This document shows positions 61,265-64,000 of a DNA stretch of 64,000 nucleotides, piece after piece. Position 1 is the stretch's first letter, and each line of letters begins with the position of its first letter. The stretch is taken from the NCBI RefSeq assembly GCF_009914755.1, contig NC_060930.1; one strand, 5' to 3'. Source of the DNA: the human T2T-CHM13v2.0 reference genome, Homo sapiens. The notes under the pieces are model-generated. The model did no database searches, had not been told where the DNA came from, and was given only the letters and a program-made list of their open reading frames with translations. The position numbers and the translations under genes are program-made.

Positions 61265-62592
61265 TATTAGATTATATATTTGTCCCCACATGGAGACCCC
61301 ATTGTAATTTAGTAAAGTATGGCTTTGGGAGAAGGCCAGACACCTTTGAATAATAAGGTGGTTCACATCAAATACTCCTGAGGAACTATCTTGTGCCCCT
61401 AAATGAATACAAAGTTAAAAAAATTTTAACTATGAAGCTAGAGTTCAGCCATGGGCTTTGTGTTTCTTTGGACTTGTTACAGTTTTACTTTCTGTGTTTA
61501 TAATTATCTGTCTCGTGATCTGTGTCTATTTACATTTTATACAGCCTTGCCATTTTTGCTTTTATAAAAATATTAGGACATTTTCAAGTATCTAAAGAAA
61601 ATATTCGCTTCTCTCTATATTTTTTACCTACACACTACTGCTTTCTCCAGTTGCATTTGCGTGGCATGACTAGTTAATATCCTGTCTGCTGAAACAGAAT
61701 TTTATGTACCTTTAGAAATTCAAAAGAAAAGAGATCATTGAACTTTAAAAATACATTTTTGGATGTCATCTCAGTATGAACATAAGGAGAGTATAGTGAA
61801 TGCAGTATTACAGAAGAGCCATGAGTTTTACAAGACAACATAAAGATTATTTTGGCCAAAGCCACTGTGATCTTAAAAGACTCTTTTTAAAGTATATTGT
61901 AAAATGTACAGTGTACTTTAAAAGATGGAAAAATCACTTTTTAAATAGTTATTGTTTGCCACTAGGTTAAACATTTTCTTTTCAAGATTCCTTTTCAAAA
62001 TCTATGTGGTGAAAAAATTAGTTTGTTATAACTTGTTTACATAAAATTGAATGAAATGGGAAAAACATCTTTAAAGTCTTACCGAGAGAATACGTTGTAG
62101 GTTAGGAACTAGGGGTGTGTGTGTTTACTTGGAGAACTGTTTTGCTGCTGGTGAAATATTCTGCTAAGTGGTGAGCACACACCTGACCCAATAGCCATCA
62201 TTACTTAAGCTGTTTCTCCTTTATAAAATATTCTTGGGATGTTTGAATTTAGAGGAAAGGAATAAGAAAGGAGAAATGAGTATATGCAGAGTGACAGTTG
62301 CTAAAAGCCATTGAAATGTTAGTTGCTGGTAAACTATATACCAAATTATAATGCTTCTGTGTATTGTTAGAATGAGAAATGTTTGTATCAGACCTTTGCA
62401 TGTATGTGGAAGAGGGCCCAACCTGGCTGGGCTGGATTTGCTAAAGACTCGAAGCTCAACCAAAATTCCTCTCTTTGAAATGAGAGAGGTTTTTTTGTTT
62501 GTTTGTTTGTTTGTTTTTTAAACTTTTTGACAACTATCTTATCATTAACCCTGGTTTGGCCTCTGTTACCTTTAAAGGCTAAAATCATTTAA

Positions 62593-63053
<461 letters not shown>

Positions 63054-63285
63054 TAAGTATACTTCTTTCTCAGTCTTAAGAGAAAGGCCTTGACCTAGAA
63101 ACCTTTATCATCCAATATTTTCTATGCCAGGATAACTACGACACTTACAGTTAAGTATTCTGGGGAAGTACCAGGAAGTGATTGACTCAAGTATTAGGAT
63201 TTGAGGTAAAATGGACTTAAATTGCTCATCTACATTCTCTTTATCTGAGGTCATTTAGTCTATTTAAAAAAAAAAAAAAAAAAAA

Positions 63286-63618
<333 letters not shown>

Positions 63619-64000
63619 CTATATTCTCTCCATTCCTGTAAGAATTCCTATTTGTTATTTTTCTACCTTCCCCGTCAGTCCCCCTTTCACATATTCTGTA
63701 TTTTCTTTTCTCAAATTACAATTCAGTACATTTGTTTGGAAATGTGGATCTATATCTCTCAAGTCTAAGACTATTGTGTAGGTAGAGAAGCCTGAAATTC
63801 CTGGAGTTTGCATAAGGACCTTTTAGTTGATATATAATTCTTCCCAGTCAAAAGTGTTGATTATTTTTATATTATTGCTAAAGAAAGGTTTTGCTTAACA
63901 GCTTTGCATTTTGAAGTTGTGGAGACTTTCTAAACTATTGAAAAGGATGGTATGTAAGCACCCTGGGACACGAGTTATCAATTGATTTTGCCACAAATCT

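Overview
Human genomic DNA, almost entirely intronic and dense in repeats (about 40 Alus, old L1M/L2/MIR, MaLR and ERV LTRs, Tigger/hAT/piggyBac DNA transposons). The only protein-coding sequence I can support is a 41-nt internal exon at 58695-58735 (+) reading (G)SSKTMNLCSKCFA(D). I recognise it as exon 2 of ZFAND3 (A20-type zinc finger), so the window covers the 3' part of the very long intron 1 and the start of intron 2. None of the supplied ORFs is a real gene. I found no new multi-gene system. The notable signals are retrotransposition footprints: (1) a human-specific pre-Ta L1 with a twin-priming inversion and a 3' transduction of a MER21-like LTR piece; (2) a second pre-Ta L1; (3) a 33-nt tailless retrocopy of the 5' end of Y5 RNA; (4) a 5'-truncated, 3'-extended U1 retrocopy nested in Tigger1; (5) a MER85 with a perfected CSB-PGBD3-type palindrome just upstream of exon 2. 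Repeat family calls come from recalled consensus sequences, not a search, and boundaries of old repeats are approximate.
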